In this document: one piece after another, positions 1-14,943 of the stretch | Layout of the letters: every line of letters begins with the position of its first letter | Numbering within the stretch: the stretch's first letter is position 1 | Assembly (NCBI GenBank): GCA_002269645.1 | Contig: NIVC01002657.1 | Coordinates: 88,175-152,174, forward strand | DNA: 64,000 nt | Source: Macrostomum lignano | Taxonomy: Eukaryota | Direction of reading: 5' to 3' | Program-made: the position numbers and the translations under genes | The notes under the pieces: model-generated | What the model was told of the DNA's origin: nothing | The model's input: only the letters and a program-made list of their open reading frames with translations | Database searches by the model: none

Positions 1-871
1 GAGTGAGAGATAAGGATCTGTCTTTTTACGCCTCCCTGCCTGGGATTCCCCTGTGTCCACTTGGGATCCCTTGACTCGTGGGGATGATAATGGTTTTACG
101 CTCGCACTGTACTTAGGGGTCCTTACTCATTTGACACCTTTACCCTCCTGTACATTGACCCTTTTTAACCTTCAAGTGTTAAAACTCCCATTTGACACCT
201 ATTCCTTCGGGGCGGTTTGTGGCCCAGCGGTCCGCCTCTTGGAGTAGAACTCCTGCAAGACGTACATGAACTTGCTGCGCTGATTAGCGTCCTGATAGCG
301 CAATCTAAATACGTTGTCCATTTTTCTAGCCCTCTTATGGGTACAATTAGGTTGAAAGTATTTCAAGTCAATAGCGTTGTGATAATAAAAAGTCTCTACA
401 TCATAGGGCGGCAAAACCTCCCTTTTGCTCATCTATTTTACATAATAACGAGACTAAAGTCCCCTGGGTTTAATTGTGTTGAAAGTATATCGGGTCATTA
501 GGCCGTGAACCTCCCTTTTGGGATTTCCCCGAACCGCTTTTGTTTAATATTTTGCGCTATGATATTTATGCACCTGCGGGTTAGCCATGCCAATATTTAC
601 TCTTTAGTCGGTGCGCCATTATTTATGCGTCTGTTGAAATTGCACCTGGGCGTTTGCCTGCTTTAATAATCTGATTATACATGCGCGCCTGTATTATACA
701 ACTACACCTTCTGATATTTGCATGCCTTGTAAACCCGCTTTATACATTAATCCGATATGTATCGAAAGTACACTTTGTAAACCTGCTTTATACTGTGTAT
801 TTCCACCTATGTTTTATTAGTGCTTACGGTACCTGCTTTGTCTATTTCTGTCAATATAATATGCACCTACA

Positions 872-1426
872 TTGTGTGTTTTTGCTGCTCATATGCTCCA
901 ATATGTACATTTTATTATGCCGAGCGCCGATATCGATACGGGTATCGATCACCTAGTGATCGGAGCGCCAGCCAATGAGAGGCGAGGGTTGACACCCACC
1001 CCACCTCCAAAATCAACACAAACGGGGTTGCTTAGTAGTGTGAATGTTCGCCATCTGTGGCAGCACGGTTCACTGGCGGCTCGTCATTTCGTTGCCTCAA
1101 CGTTACAGAGCGGCAGATTTGGACCAACGGAAATATACGAGCAATCAGTCGCCAAGTACCGTGAGAAGTCCTGCTCTTTAGCAGCGATTCGAAAATTGTA
1201 TGAACGCGCTCAGGCTTCTCCAGCCCATGTAAAAAATGATCTACGTAACTTAAATAATTCACGTCGACTACTTGAAGTTTCTATGCCAGGAGCAGCAATT
1301 AACGGCTTTATTCAAAAGACTTACGCTGCACTACTCGGTGTAATGTTGTATTGCCATGAGCAGTTTAATCTGCTGCAAAACGTTCTGCGGAATGATCGAG
1401 AAAGACTGTCCCAAAGCGTCTGCTAA
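872..1426 (+). CDS. Unidentified 184-aa ORF, possibly TE-derived
   Basis: Open frame with non-repetitive composition; no recognisable motif or splice partners found. Confidence 0.2.
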   Translation: MCVFAAHMLQYVHFIMPSADIDTGIDHLVIGAPANERRGLTPTPPPKSTQTGLLSSVNVRHLWQHGSLAARHFVASTLQSGRFGPTEIYEQSVAKYREKSCSLAAIRKLYERAQASPAHVKNDLRNLNNSRRLLEVSMPGAAINGFIQKTYAALLGVMLYCHEQFNLLQNVLRNDRERLSQSVC

Positions 1427-1818
1427 AGCTGGCCAGCAGGACTTCTGGGTGAGTTCCTTGCCCTTCAACTAAAATTTAAACTAAACCTTTAGATTTAATT
1501 TCTAATTTACAAAAAAGAATTATGCACTAACTGCGACGTGCAATATAATGATGCGACACCATTTACTACATGTACATTTCATTACAGATCTTCTGCGACT
1601 CTTGCCGTCTATGGGCGCATATCCAGTGCTTAACGAACAATCCCCGAGTCGATGAGCTCGAGCACCCTGTTTGGTTCTGCGACTTTTGCACAAGGGCATC
1701 GTAAGTACTAAAATTAAATTCATTTATTACGTCTTGTTGTTATGTTTGAGTGTAGACGAGCTCATTGAAATTAATCACTGGCAGAGTTCGAGCGTATTTC
1801 TATATGGCAAAATCCGAA

Positions 1819-1985
1819 AAAAACTAGCGCAAATTCAATTCAGACAATTCAGACTGACGACAATTTTGTCTGTGTCTAAACCTTGCTTCTGTGACAGATT
1901 GTTTTGAACGGTGGTTTGTTTGTATTGATTTTCCGTAAGGGTTGCTTCAATCTGAATTGTCTTAATTGAATTTGCGCTAGTTTTT
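1819..1985. mobile_element. MITE-like foldback element (167 bp)
   Basis: Arms AAAAACTAGCGCAAATTCAATTCAGACAATTCAGA (1819-1853) and its reverse complement (1951-1985) match at 34/35; no clear TSD. Confidence 0.6.
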
Positions 1986-3018
1986 AGAACTGGACTTTAA
2001 TGAAAATTGAACGTGAAAAGGTGTAGCACGAGGGAAGGCTAGCTTTTTATGTAATTTTATGTGGTACCATAGCGTTTTTAATTTTATTTAAATAGTCTAA
2101 CATTCTGTTTACTACATACGCAGCCAACCATATGTTACCCCTGCTTCGAAGATTGTCTATGGCCAAAACTGGGTATGGGGAAAGCATGGAATTTAAGACA
2201 TCGAGTAGTTAAACAAGTTAAAGCTGCATAACTATAACTAAACTGTCAGACCACGCGTGTTCAATCAGATGTTTCACGGGCCAAGCAGAAAAGCAGGAAG
2301 CGCAGTGTGCGAGCTAACCAGGGTGCACTCTTGGCAACCATGATGATATCCACGCCTGACTCCACGATTCTCTGCAGTTCCATGGGAACGCCAATCCTGT
2401 AGATTGATTTCGTCTGGTGGACTCTCCGGCTCTATTTGCACTTCGGGCTCATCAAGATTTATCTAAATTTGACTGTCTTAACATTCAATGCTCTGCGCCT
2501 GTGCCTATGCCAATCAAATGCTATTTGATCAATCACAGATTTATTTGATGATTAAATTTTACTGTATGGATTATCTTAGGGGTGAATATGCATGAGATAC
2601 GCAGTCTATCAATGCTCGACCAGCGCTCTTAGAAAAGTACTGTCAGAAATATACCTAGTTTATCGTTTTACTTTCGAGTTTCTATTTAGCATGGAGTCAA
2701 TACATTAGTCCTATTACATTTTTTCAGCGAGATCAGGGAGAATATCGTCTCCATCACAACGGCAGGAAACTAACTGCAGTGAAAGACATGGCGGCCTTAG
2801 TGAGAACTACAGATTTGATTCCGGGCCGGGCCACAAAATAGCAACACCCAGTTCAATCAACATGCAGCAGCAGGCTGGGCGAACAAGCTAGACAGACCCA
2901 CGATTGTCAGGTCCAAGTCTCCGTTGCCTCGCTGAAGCTGCAGTTGCTGCGGATTCACCAAGGTCACCACGTTGTTGCCAAGCTGATTGAACAGCTCGCC
3001 AATATTTGCTACCACCTA

Positions 3019-3510
3019 TTGGGCTTAATAATTGAAATTAATTAAATGTCGGGATATCCCGCATCGAATCCCGCATCAATTACCGCATCGATTGGGCTTA
3101 ATAAATCAAATTGAATTAATGTCGGGAAATCCCGCATCGAATCCCGCATTAATTACCGCATCGATAGGGCTTAATAAATCAAATTAAATTAATGTCGGGA
3201 AATCCCGCGTTGAATCCCGCATCAATTACTGCATCGATTGGGCTTAATAAATCAAATTAAATTAATGTCAGGAAATCCCACATCGAATCCCGCATCAATT
3301 ACCGCATCGATGGGGCTTAATAAATCAAATTAAATTAATGTCGGGAAATCCCGCATCGAATCCCGTATCAACTACTGCATCAATGGGGCTTAATAAATCA
3401 AATTAAATTAATGTCAGGAAATCCTGCATCGAATCCCGCATCAATTACCGCATCAATGGGGCTTAATAAATCAAATTAAAATAATGTCAGGAAATCCTGC
3501 ATTGAATCCG
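3019..3510. repeat. 73-bp tandem repeat, ~6.7 copies
   Basis: GGGCTTAATAAATCAAATTAAATTAATGTCGGGAAATCCCGCATCGAATCCCGCATC... recurs every 73 bp and runs into the GGCGCACA motifs of the hAT left end. Confidence 0.9.
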
Positions 3511-4636
3511 GCGCACACGGCGTACAAGGAAAAATTGGAAATGCTCTGGCGGCGCACATGGCGCATAGCGCACAAAAAATTGGAAACACTCTAGCGGCGC
3601 ACATGGCACATGGCGCTGAAAAAATATATAGTTACACTTCGTTATAGTTATACTCGTTATTATACTATCAAAGAGTACTAAAATTATGTAAATCACGATA
3701 TAAAATACGTAAATTAAATTCAAATTTGTCAACCGTAAATTCAAATTTGTTTACCAGTGAATTATTAATTAACGGGTAAAAAATAAATAATTAATTGATT
3801 AATTGGAACCTTATTTGACATTGACATTAACATTGTATTAATTGATCATTGACATCAATTCATCAAATACTGAAATACATTGTCATCAATAGGAGATGGA
3901 GTCAAACCCTGAGTCTGAGTTGGAGTCAGAGTCAGACCCTCAGTCAGTCCAGGTTCAGGCTGAGCCTGCTAATTATAGTGCTATCCAACCTGCTAATTCT
4001 ACTTCTACTGGATCAACAAATACAAAAGGTAAGAGCTATGCTATCTAGAGCAGTTTCTCTTCTTAAGTTTATTCACTTATTATCCGTTGTTTGTGTGTCA
4101 GTAAAACTTATAAACTTATAAACTAATAAAAACTTAAAGAAAATAAAAAAAGATAATTCCATTCAATAGCTAGTTGATAATGATAGGTTAGATTGGCATA
4201 GTTAACTTATAGCCAATAGGCAAGACATTAGACATATACTAGACCTAGCACATAAGCACATAGCATTAGCACCTAGTCTAGTCCTAGCATTAATATAGGC
4301 ATTATAGTACGCTTGTAGACCCTATAATAGGCCTAATATGATATTATATTGGTATACTCAGATTGATTGAATTGAGTGATTGCTAATTATTACTACCTAT
4401 AGGCCTACTATATATATAGTAGAATCTAAATGGATATTGGATATATATATATATAGATTCTTATATATACTAATACCTTTAGGTATACACGCAGGCCTAC
4501 TATACCTATAAGCCTACTATATATAATACAATATATATAAAGTAGATCCAATATATATTGGATTAAATTAATTAAATTAAATTAAAATAAAATAAATGAA
4601 ATAAGTGAAATAAGTTTGTTTTTTTTTATTTATTAA

Positions 4637-5460
4637 TCTCTACATATAAAAATCAAAACTCTGTCTGTCGGTCTGTCTGTCTGTGTGTGGACAATTTTGA
4701 TCGCTATGGACTCCCAAACCGCTCAACAAAATGACACCAAACTTTACACCCACCCTAAACTTACTACGGAGAATGTCTTAGGCTACCTTTTAATTTCCTA
4801 GACTCAAGTCTTCCTACCTAAAAGTACAAAAAACTGCTCAAAATACGCGATTTTTTCACTAAATCCTCCATAGCGCCGCTCCACTTCTACCGATTCTCTT
4901 CAAATTTGACACAGGTAATTTTCAACTATTTTGGCACAATCGTGTAAAGTTTCGAATCTCAAAGTTAATCCTGAACGGCGCTGTGCACTTTTAAAGTTAG
5001 GCTGTTTTTTTCAGCGTAGCAACCACCCCAACCTCCGCCCGCCTGCCTCTTTCCCGATACCGATCTGGGCCCAGATGTGTAAAAGGGGTTTCAAAATTGA
5101 CTAACTTTCAGCTGCCATAAGTTTGTTCCACGTAAAGCGATTGACTTTAAACTTGACACAATTCTTCACTGACTCATTCTCTGTCTAAATGTAAAGTTTC
5201 AACTCTGTATCTCAATCAGGACGGAAACTGTAAGCATGTGAAGTTTGTCTGCTTTTTCTGTTGTTTGCCGCTCATCCAACTCATTCCCCCAGACGAAGGA
5301 TCAGGCGATAGGGCTCAATGTACACAGCGAATGTAGTGTTGTGAAATAACTTTTTAATAGCCTTCTCTGTACCCCCGCGAGTGGAGAGGCGTGGAGAGGA
5401 GAGAGTTTAGCGAGAGATTCAATTTCAAACCATCAAACCACTGTCCTCTGAATAGACAAG
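4637..5460 (+). mobile_element. Non-autonomous Helitron-like fragment in transposase intron 1
   Basis: Starts A|TCTCTACATATAAAAATC followed by CTGTCTGTCGGTCTGTCTGTCTG, a typical Helitron-N 5' pattern; no 3' hairpin/CTAG found, so the end is approximate. Confidence 0.45.
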
Positions 5461-5859
5461 TCGCAGCATGCAGTTAAACAAGGATGGCAAATCAAGGCGA
5501 TACGGGATGGTTTATAAAAATATCTAAAAATTAATGAATAACTGATTACAATGCAATCCTACTAAATTGGTTACACCATGAAAATTTTAACATTAAGATT
5601 CGCATAAGGTACTTTAAAATTTAAATGGCCTCCTAAGAAATGCGTATTTCCATGGTTGTTAGACTGCTGCAGACTGTGGTGGTGGAGCTGGAGATATACA
5701 AATTTCTCTCAGGGCTGCTAATTGGCCAGAAAGATGAAGTGATTAAAGCGTGAGAAATGATAACAACCATGATAGTACTACGTCCCACAAACTGGCTTTC
5801 CAAGCAGGGATGGGCAGATTTTTATCTCAAAGGCCAGATAAAGAATCCAGCTCATAGCT

Positions 5860-7260
<1,401 letters not shown>

Positions 7261-10200
7261 GAGACCAGAGTTTAGCAATATATGTTTTAGAGTCAGACAG
7301 ACATTGCCTGACATTCTGCGCAGTACCCCAGCCAACAATGTCTCAAACCTTAATTTTACACGAATGTGCTCCATTTTATGTCTACCTCTATCCTACTAAC
7401 TATTAACAAGTTTTTGTTTGTGTATGGCCTTAGATTTCAGAATACATGCAAAAGTAGTTCCGGGGATTGAAATTCCCCGGGTTCAAAATCCGCGGGTTTT
7501 AACAGCTTGTTTGTTAATAAATTTTAATTGATAGATATATATATCTATTCATTTTTCCTTTTTTGTCAGCTATTCAGGATTGGTCATTTCTGACTAAATC
7601 AAAAGGCATTGGAAAGAGTCATGGCTGTAAACGTCTAGCAACATCATCAAGTGCATCTGAGCAACCTCCATCAAAGCAACAGTGCCATTCCATTGATGAA
7701 CACTATTGTTTATCTTGTCTTGAAGAAGGCAAAGCCATTGCGAATTGCAAGATTTACCGAGGAAATCTTTCTTCCCAACAGCGACATGCCAAAAATCACC
7801 ATGCTCAGAGCAAAAAGCCTACTAAGTTTGCTCGACCTGACAATCCTATTGTTCAGCAGCTTCTGAAGACTAGGCAGGCAGGAGCAGATGTATTGACAGA
7901 GCAATTAGCCACTGCTGCTGTTGCTTCTACTGTTGGTGCTACTAGTGCTATGGCTACTGCTACTGATATTCCTGGTGCTACCACCATTCTTCTATCAAGT
8001 GGGACTAGAGAAGATACTGAAGATAGCCCTGGTATCAGCAGTGTTTCATTGGCAACTACCTCAGCCAGGACTACATTGCTCTGTCAAGTAAGTTATACTG
8101 TATGAAGTGTATTCTATAGGATATTAGAGTTTTATACTCAATATGTTATTTAATTCATAGAACCTTATTTGGCAATAGCAGTATGCATACACTTTATGGG
8201 GGAAAATTCAGGAGTTAATAAAAGCTATATATTACTATCATACATTATAAGTTTATATTTTTGATGTTGAAGCACAGTTTTTATGTAAAGTTTATGTATT
8301 CCCAATTCCCATACAGCCACTAGGTGCATCAGCATCATCTACTGGTCTGCTTGCTACTAGTTGTGCATCAGCTTCTCCCTTGGTCATTCAGCTGTCAGAT
8401 GCAGAAGTGTCATGTAAGTCATTAACTATAGTGGCACCATAATGCAAGGAGCCAGAAGTATTATCAGACTTCTTAAAGTTGCCTTTTATATAACATGCAG
8501 GTGCAGCTGCCATGCAGTCTACACCCGCCATCTCAGCACGACCTGTGATTCCACCTGCCTGTTGTCAAGCCGTTGCACCTCTGGCTGCCATTACTCAACA
8601 GCTAACGAGCCATTCAGATCAGCTCTGTACTATCGTAAAAGCTTTACAAGGTCTGAAGCTAGCTTCATCCGGCCATACCCCTACAGAGCAAACGAAGTCA
8701 CAGCTACCAACTGATAATCTTCACGATGCTATGTCTAAGGCCAGATCTGTGCCTGAGCTCCTGGAATCGCCACTCTTGGCTATAGCACCGTGTGGTGAAG
8801 ATCACATAGTCTATTGTGTCCCATGTTTCGAGCGCACAAAAAAGATTCGTCTCTTGCCTTCGAGTTATTCTGTGGCCGATATCTTTCGTCATCTGTGAGC
8901 TTCAATTGTACTATTATATTTATTAGCATATGGTATGCTTTGAACTAACCTAAATAAGTTCTTTATGTAACGAGACGTCTTGTATTCCCACATATTTGAA
9001 GACAGCCAACAGCAACTGTTACTGAAGAGTCCACAATGGCCAAGAGCAAATCCAGCAGGAAAGGGTCACTTGCCACTGGCCTATTGGTAACTGCCAAAAC
9101 AATGCAGAAATACTACGACAACCATGCGGAGTTCTGCAAATTTCGCTATACTGTTACCACTGGTCATCTTTCTGGAGCATCTGGTGTAGAACACCAGAAG
9201 GCTATTGCTGAAAAGCAAGTGGACCAGAAGCGCCAGTGTCGTAACGAGAAGGTTGTAAAAAATCTGCTTCGATCTGCTGCCTTTGTCATCGAGGCGGCCG
9301 CCGCTGGTGTCCATTACGAGAATTTAATGGCCTTTCTAAGCGAATGTGACACCAACATTGGCAACATTGGTCATGGCGAGTGAGTTCCTATTTACTATAA
9401 TATTGAACTTAGTCATGTGGTAACATACTGCTATATAGGTACCTAGATTTGCTTAACATAACTGTAATATAACTTAACATCACCCATCACTTAGGCATTT
9501 CGGAAAGGAGCTTTGGCAGCTTCTGCAATTCTGCATCGACAGCGATGCACGAAAATTCTTTCGGCAGCCTCTTCCATCAACTGGTTTGCCACCACTTTTG
9601 ACCATCACTTGCGACAAAAGTACGCCTTCGCGTACGACCAACCAGGCGACTCTCATTCTGGCCAGAGATGAGTCGGGAGTAGCCTTGGCAATCCCTGCAG
9701 GTGCTCCGCCAGTCTACGACAACCGCATGGATGCTGGTGGCGAGGCATTGGCAAGCCTTGTTCTGACGACACTGCGAAACTTGGACCCACCAACACGAAA
9801 CATTGTTGGCTTCGTTGCAGATGGGCAATACGCACAAAATGAGCCGTTTATTTGGGGCATCCGGCAGGAGCTCAGCATCGCACCCAACGATGACGAACTC
9901 TTGCCAGTTTGCTGGGATGCGGCACATTTTCTGAATTTGACTGTCGAAGATGTACGCAATTGGCAGGAGCTGAAATTTTTTGCTCGTTTCATCAAGCGGG
10001 CAAACAGATTCCCGAAGCTTTTCAGCCGCGGCAAAGGCTTCGCCATTTTGGACACTGCAATGAAGGAACAGGGTGGCGCAAGATCAATTTCGGCATTCGC
10101 GTCGCAGCGCTTCCTTAGCTTTGCCATGCTAATGTGGGATGCGATTGAATCTGTGTACGGGGTAAGAAAGAAATTTCGCATACATGTATTCAGAACCATG

Positions 10201-11438
10201 TTGGCACCCAACCCAATAGTTCTTATCAAACTCTAACATCCTTAAATAGGAGCTTCACAGTGCATTTCGAGAGACGCATTCAGACTGCACAAGCAATGAG
10301 ACATTGCAGTATGAGCTTTTCGGCTGCGACTTCTTCTTTGACCTGCTAGCCCTACTTGATCTTCTTGGGCCCATCCGACAGTTGATGGAAGTTGTGCAGG
10401 ACCTCCAACAGCCACACTGGAAGCTTCATCTGCTTTGGGCTAAAGTCGCTGACTTCCTGAACCGCCGTGCGACCGAATTCAATGTGAAGGACTACCCACG
10501 TCTGAAGGACTGTTATGAATCCATTGTTCCAGGCGGCTCATACCGAGGTGCGCGTCTGCTAGATGGATGGCTTGTGGACGACGAAGACGCAGCTAGTGAC
10601 AAGGTTCGATGGATTGCTCGGGACCGCTCAGACATCCAAGCAGACTTCATACGACTTGCAGCAGCACTCCATGATAGTCTCGCTGCCCGAGTTGCTAAGG
10701 CCACTGGACGCTCAGCTATTGCTGCTGGTGACGCGGCAGTCATGGATGTTGCTTCCATCATTTCTCTTCTGGCAGATGACGATGTTGAAGTCAGCATTGA
10801 GCGTTGGACCAACTCTAATGCAGTGCATGCGTTTGTGGCTCAAGCATCGCGGCACAAGTTCTTTGGTGTCAATGCATTGTTGGCACGAAAGTATTTAGCG
10901 GACTATGTTGCTGCAATTCGTTGTGCTTTCATGACAGGCGAGGGTCGCGAAACTTGGCTGTCGCCTAGTGTTACTGGGCCAATCGTGCAATTTGCTGTAG
11001 CTGCTGAGACTGAATCCACCAGATGCAACTTTTGTCTTCAACTTGACATCACTACTGAATCAGGCAATCACGTCAAGACATGCCTCAACGACGTCGCTAT
11101 CTATACAGCGTTCTACAATGACCCACGGTTGTATCGAGTTGCCGGCCAGGAAGTGTGTCGGCTGCTGGATTTCGCTCTACACTGTGGCAGTACAGGTAAT
11201 TACTTTGCACCTTGTGACCTTCATATATTTGATTTTGGATAGATTTATCTAGTGACTAGTGTAGAATTTTGGTGAATACACTTAATGCAGAAATGCTACC
11301 TCATTATTCTAGTTGTTATTAAAATTATTAACATTCAACTTTCAGAGGCTGTTGTAGAAAGCTTCTATGCCATAATGCATTCTCAACAGCAGCATGGAGG
11401 CCAGAGCAATTCGACCTTGGAGCTTCAGTCCAGGCTAC

Positions 11439-11609
11439 ATGCTTGGACGCAACCTTGGGATTCACTCGGCCATTTCTATTGGCAACACACACATGTATGT
11501 CGCTATTGGACAGAAAAGTAGTCACGTGACTGCTCTCAGCCAATAGCGACTTACATGTGTGTGTTGCCAATAGAAATGGCCGGGTGATTCCCAAGGTTGC
11601 GCACGTATA
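11439..11609. mobile_element. 171-bp MITE with 9-bp TSD (Mutator-like) in the transposase last exon
   Basis: CCAGGCTAC duplicated at 11430-11438 and 11610-11618; ~60-bp near-perfect inverted arms starting CGCAACCTTGGGA; removing the element plus one TSD restores the frame TLELQSRLRWMMP. Confidence 0.85.
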
Positions 11610-12843
11610 CCAGGCTACGATGGATGATGCCTCTAATCAGCTCACCGCAGTGTCGAAATCTTCTCTCGCAAGCCACGCCTCTTTTCTTCAAGGGCAATGC
11701 CAAGCACAAGATCAGGCCTCACCGTGGCCCTTTCTTTTATGATCTGAGAAAAAGGGCAGCCAAAAAATATGGCGTCGGAAAGGTAGTCGACTGACTCACA
11801 TCAAAGGCCCTACGACTGCCATTTATCGGTCGCTATATGGGCCATGTGGCAGAGCAGGAGCCCGAGGTCAACTACGATGATGCTTGTTCTGATGACAGCT
11901 CCGATGCCAGTGAAGAGTCCAGCGATTCGGACATTGACTAATGAGTATTACTCATCCATTGTGTATGACTTATGTAATGCCACTTTTACCTTACCTTACC
12001 TTACCTTACCTTAGACTTACCTTAACATGGCACGCTGTGGCGCACAAAATCTTTTCTTCATGGCGCACAGCGCACAGTGCTCAAAAGCCATCAAAATAGT
12101 TCCGGCGCACACTGTGCAACCTTCCCGACTATGGATTGGGATCGCATCCGACCCCTATAATACACTATAAAATTTAAGTTAAAATGTGGTTACTATGTAT
12201 GTAATTTAAACACTGGGTGGACAGCTGCCCTGCACATAAGCTCTCAGTTAAATTTTAGCTTAAGAAAGATTATAAATAATAAATAAAGCTAAGTAAGAGT
12301 AAGACTAAGATAAGTCTATACTACTCTCAATAATTTTGAGTGCACAAAGGAATTTATCCTAGAACTAAATGTATACAATGCATGCTAAACCAAATGCATT
12401 TCAGAAAAATTTGCATTGGTATAAACCCCATGACCCATGTTATGAATGATAGGCTAGGCCTATGCATAATTTATTTTCATTGATATCTTTTTTGTCTCTA
12501 TAATTAGTAATTCTAATACAAACAAAGAAATATAAAGATAAAAAACTTGCTCTAGCAGGTACAAGTAGTTAAGTTAGGCTAGGCCTAGTATAGTATAGAT
12601 AGTAAGTCTAATAAAGGAGTTAATGACATTAGAAAAATAAAAACAAATTTATACTGTACACTATAGGGAAAGGCATATGCATAGAAAACTTATGCACCTA
12701 AGGCTATATTACATGTATTAGGCCTATTACATGCATTTTTTAATTATTTTTCAATTTTTCATGGGCGTATAAGTAATAGCAAAAAATAGCTATAACTAGG
12801 GCCTAACTACAAATATAAGTATAACTAGGCCTATGTAACTTAA

Positions 12844-14275
12844 TATTAGGACTTCTTCAAGTTTATGTTGATAAAATAGTTTCAATTTGGATAGGATCAT
12901 AATTTTGTCTCCATAAGGGTTTTTGATGGTGCTGATTTCAAATTTGAGCTCCATTTTTAGGTAGCTTTAACCCAATTATATGTAGCTTAAAACCAACCAC
13001 CGGGGCATGGGGAATGGGGGGTTTTAGGGTGGGGAGATTCTTCATGGGGATTGATTTTATCAACATAAACTTGAATAGAGGCATAGAGACCTATTCAAGA
13101 TTGTGCTGATAAATTCCAATTCTAATAGGGGGGGGGGGGGCCGGGGGTTGTAGCTTAAAACCAACCACCGGGGCATAGGGAATGGGGGTTTTAGGGTGGG
13201 GAGATTCTTCATGGGGATTGATTTTATCAACATAAACTTGAATAGAGGCATAGAGACCTATTCAAGATTGTGTTGATAAATTCCAATTCTAATAGGGGGG
13301 GGGGGGGTTGTAGCTTAAAACCAACCACCGGGCATGGGGAATGGGGGGTTTTAGGATGGGGAGATTCTTCATGGGGATTGATTTTATCAACATAAACTTG
13401 AATAGAGGCATTGAGACCTATTCAAGATTGTGTTGATAAATTCCAATTCTAATAGGGGGGGGGGGGGGGGGTAGCTTAAAACCAACCACCGGGCATGGGG
13501 AATGGGGGGTTTTAGGGTGGAGATTCTTCATGGGGATTGATTTTATCAACATAAACTTGAATAGAGGCATAGAGACCTATTCAAGATTGTGTTGATAAAT
13601 TCCAATTCTAATAGGGGGGGGGGGGGGGGGGTTGAAACAAGTTGGAATTTATTTGACAATGAATCTCTGTTTAATTATATCAACATTAACTTGAATCAAT
13701 ATAACTTTATCTAAATGAATTTGCTTACCGAAATTAAGTGCTGTTACTGCCTTAATACAATAATTAGTAATCTAGCCTTGTATAGTAGTTGGTTTTGAGG
13801 TGCGAAATACAAGTGCGAGTTTTGAATGTTGCTTTGGCTCGGTGCAATGAAAGTGCAAGTGCAAAGATTGTGCACGTTGTGACGTGGCAGTTTTTAAAAA
13901 AAAGCACACAGTGACGTGGCACTGTCTATGCATTATAACTAAATTGAAAAACTATAATCCCATTTGCATATTAATTTGTAGATATTAGTATTCATCTTTA
14001 ATTGGCCTAATGAAGTTTTAGCACATGTGCCATAAAATTAAAAGTCAAGTGGATACACTTTCAAAAATGTATTTGTAGAAACTTTTTCTCACCGAACCTC
14101 ATTAAGAGAATAGGGAATCAAGTAAATTGTCATTGCATCAACCGTACAGGTAACTTCCTACACTTTTTTTTGCATTTTTGTAATTTTGGATCCCCCATAA
14201 GTCTCCACCACAAGTTTCAGAAAAATCGAAAAATCGGAAGTATTTTATCAACATAAACTTGAAGAAGTCCTAATA
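12844..14275. mobile_element. 1.43-kb non-autonomous TIR element
   Basis: Perfect 39-bp inverted match TTAATATTAGGACTTCTTCAAGTTTATGTTGATAAAATA at 12840-12878 versus 14241-14279; TSD could be TTAA, TA or ATAT because the flanks are palindromic. Confidence 0.85.
12982..13631. repeat. ~160-167-bp tandem repeat, 4 copies, inside the TIR element
   Basis: GTAGCTTAAAACCAACCACC starts at 12982, 13150, 13310 and 13471; each unit ends in a poly-G run. Confidence 0.9.
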
Positions 14276-14943
14276 TTAAAATGAGTCAAACAGCTCGAAA
14301 CTATTTGACACAATAAATAAGCAAACACGGGCACTCACAGTCATAAGAGCTGCAGGCTGCCGAGGGGGTGGCAGAAAAATTCAGCATTGGAAGATCTTGT
14401 TGTCCGGTCGATCTGATTTCATCGCGAGCTCTGAATCGAGCGCGTAGCTTTTCGGCCGTTCAAAACAGTGCCGTTCCTGACGATTTAAACAAACTCAGGC
14501 GAAGATCTAGGATGCCGATAAAAGGGGAGCTCCGTCTGCTGAGTTCCTCAGGCTCAGGGGGAGGGTAGCTGTGGTCGCGGCTGAGCGGTCTAGTTTTTCC
14601 GTCAATCTGGCACCGATGAAATCGGGTGAAAAGGTACAACTTTCTTACGATAAGATCGGACAGTATAGCATGTCGACTGCCATCACGACATGATTTTCTC
14701 TAGATTAAAAGTGGAATATATAGCTTCCTATAGGCCCTCTGAATGCAAAAATCGTCGCCGATACGGGGAGACAAAATAAACTAATTTATCGAATTTTTTA
14801 CTGTGAATAGTAGTTTGCTGAAACCGTAACCCAGTAAAAAAGGGTTTTTGAATTCTTCAATTTTTCAATTTGAATTGAAGTTAGAATTGAATTCGATTGG
14901 AATCTGATCGGAATTTAATCGGCAGTCGTTGCGACCCGGCGGA

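Noticed and set aside
53-956. Short ORFs at the window start
   Set aside because: No recognisable motifs, overlapping on both strands, and no consistent splice model.
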